The notes below the pieces were generated by a model that was given only the letters and a program-made list of their open reading frames with translations, was not told the DNA's origin and made no database searches. DNA of 64,000 bases from Eledone cirrhosa (lineage: Eukaryota): contig OZ024752.1 in the NCBI GenBank assembly GCA_964016885.1, forward strand, positions 16,430,001-16,494,000, given 5' to 3'. Shown here one piece after another: positions 1 to 13,000 of the stretch (position 1 is the first letter of the stretch; each line of letters starts with the position of its first letter). A program made the translations under genes and the position numbers.

Positions 1-1650
1 AGATTACTGTCAGAAACACCTGCCTCACCTCCACATATGTCATTGTACATCTGGCACCACCTATACCAAGGTAACTTTGGTAGACATTACTGTCAGAAAC
101 TCATGTCTCACCTCCTCCACACGTGTTATTGTGTATCTGGCACCACCTATACCAAGGTAACTTTGGTAGACATTACTGTCAGAAACACCTGCCTCACCTC
201 CACATATGTCATTGTACATCTGGCACCACCTATACCAAGGTAACTTTGGTAGACATTACTGTCAGAAACTCATGTCTCACCTCCTCCACACGTGTTATTG
301 TGTATCTGGCACCACCTATACCAAGGTAACTTTGGTAGAGATTACTGTCAGAAACACCTGCCTCACCTCCACATATGTCATTGTACATCTGGCACCACCT
401 ATACCAAGGTAACTTTGGTAGACATTACTGTCAGAAACTCATGTCTCACCTCCTCCACACGTGTTATTGTGTATCTGGCACCACCTATACCAAGGTAACT
501 TTGGTAGAGATTACTGTCAGAAACACCTGCCTCACCTCCACATATGTCATTGTACATCTGGCACCACCTATACCAAGGTAACTTTGGTAGAGATTACTGT
601 CAGAAACACCTGCCTCACCTCCACATATGTCATTGTACATCTGGCACCACCTATACCAAGGTAACTTTGGTAGAGATTACTGTCAGAAACACCTGCCTCA
701 CCTCCACATATGTCATTGTACATCTGGCACCACCTATACCAAGGTAACTTTGGTAGAGAATACTGTCAGAAACACCTGCCTCACCTCCACATATGTCATT
801 GTACATCTGGCACCACCTATACCAAGGTAACTTTGGTAGAGATTACTGTCAGAAACACCTGCCTCACCTCCACATATGTCATTGTACATCTGGCACCACC
901 TATACCAAGGTAACTTTGGTAGAGATTACTGTCAGAAACACCTGCCTCACCTCCACATATGTCATTGTACATCTGGCACCACCTATACCAAGGTAACTTT
1001 GGTAGAGATTACTGTCAGAAACACCTGCCTCACCTCCACATATGTCATTGTACATCTGGCACCACCTATACCAAGGTAACTTTGGTAGAGATTACTGTCA
1101 GAAACACCTGCCTCACCTCCACATATGTCATTGTACATCTGGCACCACCTATACCAAGGTAACTTTGGTAGAGATTACTGTCAGAAACACCTGCCTCACC
1201 TCCACATATGTCATTGTACATCTGGCACCACCTATACCAAGGTAACTTTGGTAGAGATTACTGTCAGAAACACCTGCCTCACCTCCACATATGTCATTGT
1301 ACATCTGGCACCACCTATACCAAGGTAACTTTGGTAGAGATTACTGTCAGAAACACCTGCCTCACCTCCACATATGTCATTGTACATCTGGCACCACCTA
1401 TACCAAGGTAACTTTGGTAGAGATTACTGTCAGAAACACCTGCCTCACCTCCACATATGTCATTGTACATCTGGCACCACCTATACCAAGGTAACTTTGG
1501 TAGAGATTACTGTCAGAAACACCTGCCTCACCTCCACATATGTCATTGTACATCTGGCACCACCTATACCAAGGTAACTTTGGTAGAGATTACTGTCAGA
1601 AACACCTGCCTCACCTCCACATATGTCATTGTACATCTGGCACCACCTAT
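1..1650. repeat. 83-bp tandem repeat, about 20 copies, running off the left edge of the window
   Basis: Unit agattactgtcagaaacacctgcctcacctccacatatgtcattgtacatctggcaccacctataccaaggtaactttggtag repeats almost perfectly (ORF-track starts are 83 bp apart). An 86-bp variant alternates with it before about 500. Confidence 0.98.
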
Positions 1651-1749
1651 ACACCAATATATTTACACTCTGCAGTTGATCGTTGCTGTTTTATATCAAC
1701 AAGGAGTGGTAACATTGTTTTAGATGTTGAGGTGGGGAATGGTTCACAA

Positions 1750-1766
1750 AAGGTTGAGAACCACTG
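1750..1766 (-). mobile_element. hAT (Charlie-type) terminal inverted repeat, right end of an element lying to the left
   Basis: aaggttgagaaccactg is the reverse complement of CAGTGGTTCTCAACCTT, the typical Charlie/MER5 terminus. It is followed by atctagct, resembling the NTCTAGAN target preference. Confidence 0.65.
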
Positions 1767-1852
1767 ATCTAGCTGTATATTATCCATCCTGTTGTCTTAG
1801 TCTACTCTGCGTTAAAACTATATGTCTGTGTCTTCATTAATTTCCTCACGTC

Positions 1853-1947
1853 GAGGTTGACTTTGCCTTTCATCCTTACGGGGTCGATAAAATAAAGTAC
1901 CAGTAATGCACTGGGTAATTGCTGGCCTTGTGCCTAAAGTAGAAACA
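1853..1947 (+). mobile_element. 5'-truncated SINE (family A, Nin/Deu-like domain) with 17-bp target-site duplication
   Basis: Contains ctttgcctttcatccttacggggtcgataaaataaagtaccag, shared with other copies. attaatttcctcacgtc is duplicated at 1836-1852 and 1948-1964. Confidence 0.9.
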
Positions 1948-2188
1948 ATTAATTTCCTCACGTCTTTGTACACATATACACACACAATTCATTACAAATG
2001 TGTGTTTGCGTGTATATGTATACATATATATGTATGAGTATATAAATATAAACACACATACAGTCACACAAAACACACACACCACACTAACATGCACACA
2101 TACAAAACACACACATACATATACACATACTCTCATACTAGTGTAGCTAATCTTGGACCGTTCATCTCTACAGATGTGTGTATATGTA

Positions 2189-2375
2189 GTAATTGTTTCT
2201 ACTTTTTGCACAAGGCCAGCAATTACTCAACGCATTACTGGTACTTTATTTTATCAACCCCGTAAGGATGAAAGGCAAAGTTAACCTCGACGGGATTTGA
2301 ACTGAGACCGTAAAGAGACGTAACTATACTGGAAAGCATGGCGTCCGACTCTCTACCGATACTGCCAATTCACCA
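2189..2375 (-). mobile_element. Near full-length SINE, family A (tRNA-derived head)
   Basis: The reverse complement has a Pol III A-box-like tggcagtatcgg, a B-box-like gttcaaatcc, and the same core and tail as 1853-1947 and 62635-62830. Confidence 0.9.
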
Positions 2376-2394
2376 ATTTTATATAATGTTTCTA

Positions 2395-2395
<1 letters not shown>

Positions 2396-2477
<82 letters not shown>
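2396..2477. repeat. (TG)n microsatellite
   Basis: Direct observation. Confidence 0.97.
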
Positions 2478-2480
<3 letters not shown>

Positions 2481-2603
2481 CGCGCACTTCCGTTGTCTGT
2501 GATTCTGTTTATGTATTTACGTGTAGATTTGTGTGTAAGTAACTGAAGTGTGACGTATGTTATGAATGGACGAAAGAATTACCAAGAATTATAGTATGAT
2601 GAT

Positions 2604-4049
2604 AGCAAATCACTGATTGAGTGTGGTGAGGTTGATCTGATAGACGCTAAGTAAAACCAGTAAATCACTGAGTGAGAGTGGAGTGGTTGATCTGATAGAC
2701 CCTAAGTAAAGCCAGTAAGTCACTGAGTGAGAGTGGAGGGGTTGTTCTGATAGACCATAAGTAAAGCCAGTAAATCACTGAGTGAGTGTAGAGAGGTTGA
2801 TCTGATAGACCATAAGTAAAGCCAGTAAATCACTGAGTGAAAGTGGAGTAGTTGAGCTGATAGACGTTAAATAAAGCCAGTAAATCACTGAGTGAGAGTG
2901 GAGGGGTTCATCTGATCAGATAGACCCTAAGTAAAGCCAGTAAATCACTGAGTGAGTGTGGAGAGGTTGATCTGATAGACCATAAGTAAAGCCAGTAAAT
3001 CACTGAGTGAGAGTGGAGGGTTGATTTGATAGACGCTAAGTAAAGCCAGTAAATCACTGAGTGAGAGTGGAGGGGTTGATCTGATCAGATAGACCCTAAG
3101 TAAAGCCAGTAAGTCACTGAGTGAGAGTGGAGGGGTTGGTCTGATAGACCATAAGTAAAGCCAGTAAATCACTGAGTGAGAGTGGAGTGGTTGATCTGAT
3201 CAGATAGACCCTAAGTAAAGCCAGTAAGTCACTGAGTGAGAGTGGAGGGGTTGGTCTGATAGACCATAAGTAAAGCCAATAAATCATTGAGTGAGAGTGG
3301 AGGGGTTGATCTGATCAGATAGACCCTAAGTAAAGCCAGTAAGTGACTGAGTGAGGGTGGAGGGGTTGGTCTGATAGACCATAAGTAAAGCCAGTAAATC
3401 ACTGAGTGAGAGTGGAGTGGTTGATCTGATAGACCGTAAGTAAAGCCAGTACATCACTGATTGAGTGTGGAGGGATTGATCTGATCAGATAGACCCTAAT
3501 TAAAGCCAGTAAGTCACTGAGTGAGAGTGGAGGGGTTAATCTGATAGACCCTAAGTAAAGCCAGTAAGTCACTGAGTGAGAGTGGACTGGTTGATCTGAT
3601 GGACGCTAAGTAAAGCCAGTAAGTCACTGAGTGAGAGTGGAGGTGTTGATCTGATAGACCCTAAGTAAAGCCAGTAAGTCACTGAGTGAGAGTGGAGTGG
3701 TTGATCTGATAGACCATAAGTAAAGCCAGTAAATCACTGAGTGAGAGTGGAGAGGTTGATCTGATCAGATAGACCCTAAGTAAAGCCAGTACATCACTGA
3801 GTGAGAGTGGAGTGTTTGATCTGATAAACCGTAAGTAAAGCCAGTAAATCACTGAGTGAGGGTGGAGGGGTTCATCTGATAGACCATAAGTAAAGCCAGT
3901 AAGTCACTGAGTGAGAGTGGAGAGGTTGATCTGATAGACCCTAAGTAAAGCCAGTAAATCACTGATTGTGTGTGGAGAGGTTGATCTGATAGACCCTAAG
4001 TAAAGCTAGTAAGTCACTGAGTGAGAGTGGAGAGGTTGATCTGATAGAC
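2604..4049. repeat. 55/60-bp minisatellite, about 25 copies
   Basis: Unit gtaaatcactgagtgagagtggaggggttgatctgatagaccctaagtaaagcca. The 60-bp variant carries an extra cagat. Confidence 0.97.
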
Positions 4050-5770
4050 CACAGGTTCTCAACCCATTTAGGCCAAACGCCCCCTTTTGTTCCTCAAAAT
4101 CACGAAACGCCCCCTACCCTATTTTTCCATTTTTCAATATACTACTGATTTTGATATCAGTAAATTACTAAAAAATTGATTAACAATATCCCAAAGATAC
4201 CATTGCAGGCAGCTGAGAGTATAAATACATTCCTTGAAAGGAAATATATAAATTTCAATAAAAGGATCATAAATGTTCTTTTTTATGAATAAGGACCAGT
4301 TGAATTTGTTATATTCCCACCAGGCGATACCAGCTATCATTTATACAAGAGCAACTCTGTTTACTCCAAGAGTGCTCTTATCTGGAAGAAAGTGGCAATT
4401 ATATCATTTGAAAGCTTTCCAATTTCCCGTTTAATGAAACGGACAGAATAAATGTTGACCTTTAACTTGATGTCCTCTCTGCTTTGTGATCTTAGAGACC
4501 ACGGAAGAGGGTTTTCATAACCACTCGGGAGGGTATTTTTATTAGTAAATGGTAAAATATATACAACAATTGAGTAAGTGAATTGTGGTAGATGGTTTCC
4601 AGTCCAGTCAGACTGCAACTACAAATAAAAAAAATTGTTAGTTTGCTTCATAACAATAGCATATCCAAGTTTTCGGATAAATCAACTTACTTTAACTTTG
4701 ACCTTATTTCATTGGAACCCTGGAGCTTCATGGAGTCTAGCTAACTCTTAAACGTGAGGCGAAATTTTCGTAAGATGTAGCCAGAGATCTTCATATGTAA
4801 TTACATTGTAGCGTTTGCGAGCCTTACTGTGCAGTCTGGAAACAGCACCAAACCTCCTCTCGACGAAGTATGAGCTTGGAAAAAGCAGAGCAAATCTCTT
4901 AACCTCTGCATGTAAGTGTGGAAATCGGCGCTGAATTTCCTCTTGCATCCCAAAAAGGGGTTCACCTATTTTGGGAAATCTAATTTTGATCATGTCATCT
5001 TCTTGAAGTTTAATGAATTCTTCCTGAAATGTAACGTCCAAATCGACGACATTAGCTATGAAGGGATCTGCTATCCACATTGGGATGTCCATCGACAAAA
5101 GGTCGACAAACCGTTCTCTCATGTTGTCTTGTAGCGCACGGAGATGAGCGGTATAAATTTGGAGTTGGTCACCGCTTACAATGTTTTGAACATTAGCGAC
5201 ACTAGGAAAATTATAGAATTCCCGTCAACAAAGATTCCTTTCGATAACATTCAATTTAGCCAGGAATGTTTTTACAGCATTCCTTGCTTTAAGCAAGGTG
5301 ATCTTCCCCTGCAAAGCCAAAATGACCCTATTGCATTTGTCGAAGATGTCGGCGAGGTAGGCGCAGTCTTGCCTCACATCGAGGGTTTTCTTGTACAGTT
5401 CTGTATTGCGTCCTCGCAGAAACTCAATGATAGATCGAAGAGTTCAAAGAAGTGAGTAAGGCACTTGCCCTTTGAAAGCCACCTCACTTCATTATGAAAG
5501 AGAAATTTGACGAATTCTTCGTCATTATCTTGGCACAGTTGCCGGAAAATTCGTTCATTGAGGGAATGCCTTTTGATAAAATTGATGACATCAATGGCCA
5601 CCTGCAAGGACTTGCTCAGCGGGTTGCTGAGTTTCTTCGCAGCCAAGTGATGTCGATGAATGACACAATGAACAGCAAATACAGATAGTTTTACTGTCTT
5701 CAGAAGAGTGACGAAACCCTTATGTTGGCTGACCATTGCTCTTGCGTCGTCCGTAGCACATGATACAATG
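4050..5770 (-). mobile_element. Decayed hAT-Charlie (Buster-like) DNA transposon, retaining the end downstream of the transposase and truncated at about 5770
   Basis: TIR-like cacaggttctcaaccc at 4050 (2 mismatches to CAGTGGTTCTCAACC), plus a transposase remnant on the minus strand at 4748-5770. Confidence 0.8.
4748..5770 (-). pseudogene. Fragmented hAT transposase (ZBED5/SCAND3/GTF2IRD2-like Charlie/Buster type)
   Basis: Motifs in the expected order across broken frames: IVSCATDDARAM, HCVIHRHHL (CxxH), EVRWLSKGKCL, AYLADIFDK..LALQG, and LLFPSSYFVERRF (catalytic E / C-terminal dimerisation region). Confidence 0.9.
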
Positions 5771-5992
5771 TGTGTTGTATGTGGTCCAAAACGTATGTAT
5801 AACCTGCCTGTGTGCTGTATGTAGTCCTAGATGTATGTATTACCTACTTATGTATTGCATATGGTCCCAGCTGTATGTATTACCTGCTTGTGTGTTGTAT
5901 GTGGTCCTAGATGTGTGTATTACCTCCTTATGGTCCTAGATGTATGTATTACCTGATTATGTGTTGTATCTGGTCCTAGATGTTTGTATTAC
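5771..5992. repeat. Degenerate 40-bp minisatellite, about 6 copies
   Basis: Units like tgtgttgtatgtggtcctagatgtatgtattacctgcttg start at 5771, 5811, 5851 and 5891. Confidence 0.9.
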
Positions 5993-6181
5993 AGTTTGTA
6001 TCTCAAAGACATACAAATATGGCTCATAAGACTTGCCAAAGTAAAGAGCCTTCCACCGCCTCTCTAGCGCCCACCAACACCTCAGTATGCAGGCTGGAGC
6101 ACTCGACGAGGTGCGCAGGTTGGTTAGTGTAAAATAAAGTTAAATAAAAAGTCAAATGTTTAAAATTTAGCTTCGTTTATT

Positions 6182-6238
6182 ACTGCTATATATATATTTC
6201 AGTGACAGCCATCTTTGGCTGTGACCTCTTCAGGCAGT
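6182..6238 (-). ncRNA. Minimal type I hammerhead ribozyme (Penelope pLTR type)
   Basis: Minus strand reads ACTGC-CTGAAGA-GGTCACAGCCA aaga TGGCTGTCACT-GAAA-TATATATA-TA-GCAGT-AATAAA. Stem I, the intact CUGANGA/GAAA core, stem II and a palindromic stem III are all present. Confidence 0.8.
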
Positions 6239-6352
6239 CCGAATTAGTATGGTATAGACAAGTAGATATGTTGTTGAGGTGTATGATATTGTCAATACTC
6301 TGATATGCCCAGTTCCTTGTTGGGTTGTTGTTTCACTGAGGAACTGGAATCA

Positions 6353-6584
<232 letters not shown>

Positions 6585-6806
6585 ATAAATATTGGTTGGT
6601 TAGAGAGGGGTTGAGAAAGAAAGAAAGAAAGAAAGAAAGACAGACAGTGAGAGGGATTGAGGAGGGGAGAAAAATATAGACGCGTTTGATAACTTTAAGT
6701 TATTTATTTATTTTTTACACACTGTTCAACTCTCCCCTTTCCTCAACCTTACATCTCTTTCACCGGATGGTCATGGGCACTTTCATTTTTCCAGATATAG
6801 GTTATA

Positions 6807-6920
6807 GTGGTGGTGATAGTGGTGGTAGTGGTTGTGGTAGTGGTGGTGGTTGTGGTGGTGGTGGTGGTGGTGATGAAAGTGATGATTGTCGTGATGGTGG
6901 TAGTGATGATGATGATGTAG
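6807..6920. repeat. (GGT)n/(GAT)n trinucleotide low-complexity tract
   Basis: Direct observation. Confidence 0.9.
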
Positions 6921-7027
6921 TAATTAATTTAAGAGGTATTTGACAGTGTTTAATGTTGAAATTGTTTTTATACAAACGGCCGCTCCTTTTCGAGACGTAA
7001 ACAGGAATTTATATAACAAATTAAGCA

Positions 7028-10000
7028 ATCTACAACCATCTACCAGCAACCATCAACCAACAACCATCAACCTACAACCATCTACCAACAACCATCTACT
7101 AACAACCATCAACCTACAACCATCAACCAACAACCATCTACCTACAACCGACAACCTACCACCAACAACCTACCACCAACAAGCTACCACCATCTACCAA
7201 CAACCAACAACCAGCTACCAACAACCATCTACCATCAACCTACAACCATCTACTAACAACCATCAACCTACAACCATCAACCAACAACAATCTACCTACA
7301 ACCATCTACCTACAACCGACAACCTACAACCAACAACCAACAACCATCTACCAACTACCAACAACCATCAACATACAACCATCTATCAACAAACATCAAT
7401 CAACAACCATCAACCAACAACCATCAACCACCAATCATCAACATACAACCATCTACCAACAACCATCAACATACAACCATCAACCAACAACCATCAACAT
7501 ACAACCATCTACCAACAACCATCTACCAACAACCATCAACCACCAACCATCAACCAACAACCATCAACCTACAGCCATCTACCAACAACCATCTACCAAC
7601 AAACATCAGCCTACAACTATCAACCTACAACCATCTACCAACAACCACCTACCAACAACCATCAACCAACAACCATCGACCAACAACCATCTACCAACAA
7701 GCATCTACCAACAACCATCTACCAACAACCATCAACCTACAACCATCTACCTACAACCATCTACCAATAACCATCTACCAACAACCATCAACCAACAACC
7801 ATCAACCTACAACCATCTACCTACAACCATCTACCAGCAACCATCTACCAACAACCATCTACCACCAACCACCTACCAACAACCATCTACCAACAATCAT
7901 CAACCTACAAACATCTACCTACAACCTTCTACCAACAAACATCAACCAACAACCATCAACCAACAACCACCTACCAAAACCATCAGCCATCTACCAGCAA
8001 CCATCTACCAACAACCATCAACATACAACCATCTACCAACAACCACCTACCACCAACGATCTACCTACAACCATCTATCAACAACCACCTACAACAACCT
8101 CCTACCACCAACCACCTACCGACAACCACCTACCAACAACCACCTACCGTCAAACATCTACCAACAACCATCTACCACCAACCATCTACCAACAACCACC
8201 TACCGACAACCACCTACCAACAACCACCTACCAACAACCATCTACCACCAACCATCTACCAACAACCATCTACCAACAACCATCTATCAACAACCATCTA
8301 CCAACAATCATCTACCAACAACCACCTACCGACAACCATCTACCACCAACCATCTACTAACAACCACCTACCACGAACCATCTACCAACAACCACCTATC
8401 AACAGCCATCTACCTACAACCATCTACCAACAACCACCTACCAACAACCATCTACCACCAACCATCTACCAACAACCTCCTACCAACAACGACCTACCAA
8501 CAACCATCTACCACCAACCATCTACCGACAACCACCTACCGACAACCATCTACCACCAACCATCTACCAACAACCATCTACCTACAACCACCTACCAACA
8601 ACCACCTACCAAAAACCACCTACCAACAACCATCTCCCAACAACCATCTACCAACAACCACCAACCAACAACCACCTACCTACAACCATCTACCAACAAC
8701 CACCTACCAACAACCATCTACCAACAACCATCTACCAACAACCATCTACCAACAACCACCTACCAACAACCACCTACCAACAACCATCTACCAACAACCA
8801 TCTACCAACAACCATCTACCAACAACCATCTACCAACAGCCATCAACCAACAACCACCTACCACCAACCACCTATCAACAGCCATCTATCTACGACCATC
8901 TACCAACAACCACCTACCAACAACCATCTACCACAAACCATCTACCAACAACCACCTGCCACCAACCATCTACCAACAACCACCTACCAACAACCATCTA
9001 CCAACAACCACCTACTGACAACCACCTACCAACAACGATCTACCAACAACCATCTACCAACAACCATCTACCAACAACCATCTACCAACAACCATCTACC
9101 AACAGCCATCTACCAACAACCACCTACCAACAACCACCTACCGACAACCACCTACCAACAACCACCTACCAACAACCATCTACCAACAACCACCTACCAC
9201 AAACCACCTATCAACAGCCATCTAACTACAACCATCTACCAACAACCACCTACCAACAACCATCTACCACCAACCATCTACCAACAACCACCTACCACCA
9301 ACCATCTACCAACAACCACCTACCAACAACCATCTACCAACAACCACCTACTGACAACCACCTACCAACAACCACCTACCAACAACCACCTACCACCAAC
9401 CACCTACCAACAACCACCTACCACCAACCACCTACCACCAACCATCTACCAACAACCACCTACCAACAACCACCTACCACCAACCATCTACCTACAACCA
9501 CCTACCAACAACCACCTACCAACAACCATCTACCACCAACCATCTACCAACAACCATCTACCACCAACCATCTACCTACAACCACCTACCACCAACCATC
9601 TACCAACAACCACCTACTAACAACCATCTACCAACAACCACCTGCTGACAACCACCTACCAACAACCACCTACCAACAACCACCTACCACCAACCACCTA
9701 CCAACAACCACCTACCACCAACCACCTACCACCAACCATCTACCAACATCCATCTACCAACAACCATCTACCAACAATCACCTATCAACAACCACCTACC
9801 AACAACCACCTACCAACAACCACCTACCAACAACCATCTACCAACAACCACCTACCGACAACCACCTACAAACAACCACCTACCAACAACCATCTACCAA
9901 CAACCATCTACCACCAACCACCTACCAACAACCACCTACCAACAACCACCTACCACCAACCATCTACTTACAACCACCTACTGACAACCATCTACCACCA

Positions 10001-13000
10001 ACCATCTACCCACAACCACCTACCAACAACCATCTACCAACAACCACCTACCAACAACCATCTATCAACAACCACCTACCAACAACCATCTACCAACAAC
10101 CACCTACCACCAACCACCTACCACCAACCATCTACCAACAACCACCTACCAACCACCAACTACCACCAACAATCTACCTACAACCACCTACCAACAACCA
10201 CCTACCAACAACCATCTACCAACAGCCATCTACCAACAACCACCTACCAACAACCACCTACCAACAACCACCTATCAACAACCATCTACCAACAACCATC
10301 TACCAACAACCATCTACCAACAACCACCTACCGACAACCACCTACCAACAACCATCTACCAACAACCATCTACCAACAACCATCTATCAACAACCACCTA
10401 CCAACAACGACCTACCAACAACCATCTACCAACAACCATCTACCACCAACCACCTACCAACAACCACCTACCAACAACCACCTACCACCAACCATCTACC
10501 TACAACCACCTACTGACAACCATCTACCACCAACCATCAACCCACAACCACCTACCAACAACCATCTACCACCAACCATCTACCCACAACCACCTACCAA
10601 CAACCATCTACCAACAACCATCTACCAACAACCATCTACCAACAACCACCTACCGACAACCACCTACCAACAACCATCTACCAACAACCATCTACCACCA
10701 ACCATCTACCCACAACCACCTACCAACAACCATCTACCAACAGCCATCTACCAACAACCACCTACCAACAACCACCTACCGACAACCACCTACCAACAAC
10801 CACCTACCAACAACCATCTACCAACAACCACCTACAACAAACCACCTATCAACAGCCATCTACCTACAACCATCTACCAACAACCACCTACCAACAACCA
10901 TCTACCACCAGTCATTTACCAACAACCACCTACCACCAACCATCTACCAACAACCACCTACCAACAAACATCTACCAACAACCACCTACTGACAACCACC
11001 TACCAACAACCACCTACCAACAACCACCTACCACCAACCACCTACCAACAACCACCTACCACCAACCACCTACCACCAACCATCTACCAACAACCACCTA
11101 CCAACAACCACCTACCACCAACCATCTACCTACAACCACCTACCAACAACCACCTACCAACAACCATCTACCACCAACCATCTACCAACAACCATCTACC
11201 ACCAACCATCTACCTACAACCACCTACCACCAACCATCTACCAACAACCACCTACCAACAACCATCTACCAACAACCACCTGCTGACAACCACCTACCAA
11301 CAACCACCTACCAACAACCACCTACCACCAACCACCTACCAACAACCACCTACCACCAACCACCTACCACCAACCATCTACCAACATCCATCTACCAACA
11401 ACCATCTACCAACAATCACCTATCAACAACCACCTACCAACAACCACCTACCAACAACCACCTACCAACAACCATCTACCAACAACCACCTACCGACAAC
11501 CACCTACAAACAACCACCTACCAACAACCATCTACCAACAACCATCTACCACCAATCACCTACCAACAACCACCTACCAACAACCACCTACCACCAACCA
11601 TCTACTTACAACCACCTACTGACAACCATCTACCACCAACCATCTACCCACAACCACCTACCAACAACCATCTACCAACAACCACCTACCAACAACCATC
11701 TATCAACAACCACCTACCAACAACCATCTACCAACAACCACCTACCACCAACCACCTACCACCAACCATCTACCAACAACCACCTACCAACCACCAACTA
11801 CCACCAACAATCTACCTACAACCACCTACCAACAACCACCTACCAACAACCATCTACCAACAGCCATCTACCAACAACCACCTACCAACAACCACCTACC
11901 AACAACCACCTATCAACAACCATCTACCAACAACCATCTACCAACAACCATCTACCATCAACCACCTACCTACAACCACCTACCAACAACCATCTACCAA
12001 CAACCATCTACCAACAACCATCTATCAACAACCACCTACCAACAACGACCTACCAACAACCATCTACCAACAACCATCTACCACCAACCACCTACCAACA
12101 ACCACCTACCAACAACCACCTACCACCAACCATCTACCTACAACCACCTACTGACAACCATCTACCACCAACCATCTACCCACAACCACCTACCAACAAC
12201 CATCTACCACCAACCATCTACCCACAACCACCTACCAACAACCATCTACCAACAACCATCTACCAACAACCATCTACCAACAACCACCTACCGACAACCA
12301 CCTACCAACAACCATCTACCAACAACCATCTACCACCAACCATCTACCCACAACCACCTACCAACAACCATCTACCAACAGCCATCTACCAACAACCACC
12401 TACCAACAACCACCTACCGACAACCACCTACCAACAACCACCTACCAACAACCATCTACCAACAACCACCTACCACAAACCACCTATCAACAGCCATCTA
12501 CCTACAACCATCTACCAACAACCACCTACCAACAACCATCTACCACCAACCATCTACCAACAACCACCTACCACCAACCATCTACCAACAACCACCTACC
12601 AACAACCATCTACCAACAACCACCTACTGACAACCACCTACCAACAACCACCTACCAACAACCACCTACCACCAACCACCTACCAACAACCACCTACCAC
12701 CAACCACCTACCACCAACCATCTACCAACAACCACCTACCAACAACCACCTACCACCAACCATCTACCTACAACCACCTACCAACAACCACCTACCAACA
12801 ACCATCTACCACCAACCATCTACCAACAACCATCTACCACTAACCATCTACCTACAACCACCTACCACCAACCATCTACCAACAACCACCTACCAACAAC
12901 CATCTACCAACAACCACCTGCTGACAACCACCTACCAACAGCCACCTACCAACAACCACCTACCACCAACCACCTACCAACAACCACCTACCACCAACCA

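Noticed and set aside
1-1650. CRISPR-like array or a series of 67-68 aa ORFs
   Set aside because: The units are identical with no unique spacers, and there are no cas genes in this eukaryotic context. The ORFs are phase-shifted translations of the same 83-mer.
2945-3172. 75-aa ORF in the 55-bp minisatellite
   Set aside because: It is a translation of the repeat with no independent support.
1750-4066. The two hAT TIRs as ends of one element
   Set aside because: They face away from each other, so they belong to elements on either side and do not enclose 1767-4049.
4916-5688. Plus-strand ORFs over the transposase
   Set aside because: They are antisense shadows of the hAT pseudogene.
6686-6943. 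Gly/Asp-rich 85-aa ORF
   Set aside because: It derives from a (GGT)/(GAT) microsatellite and has a non-ATG start.
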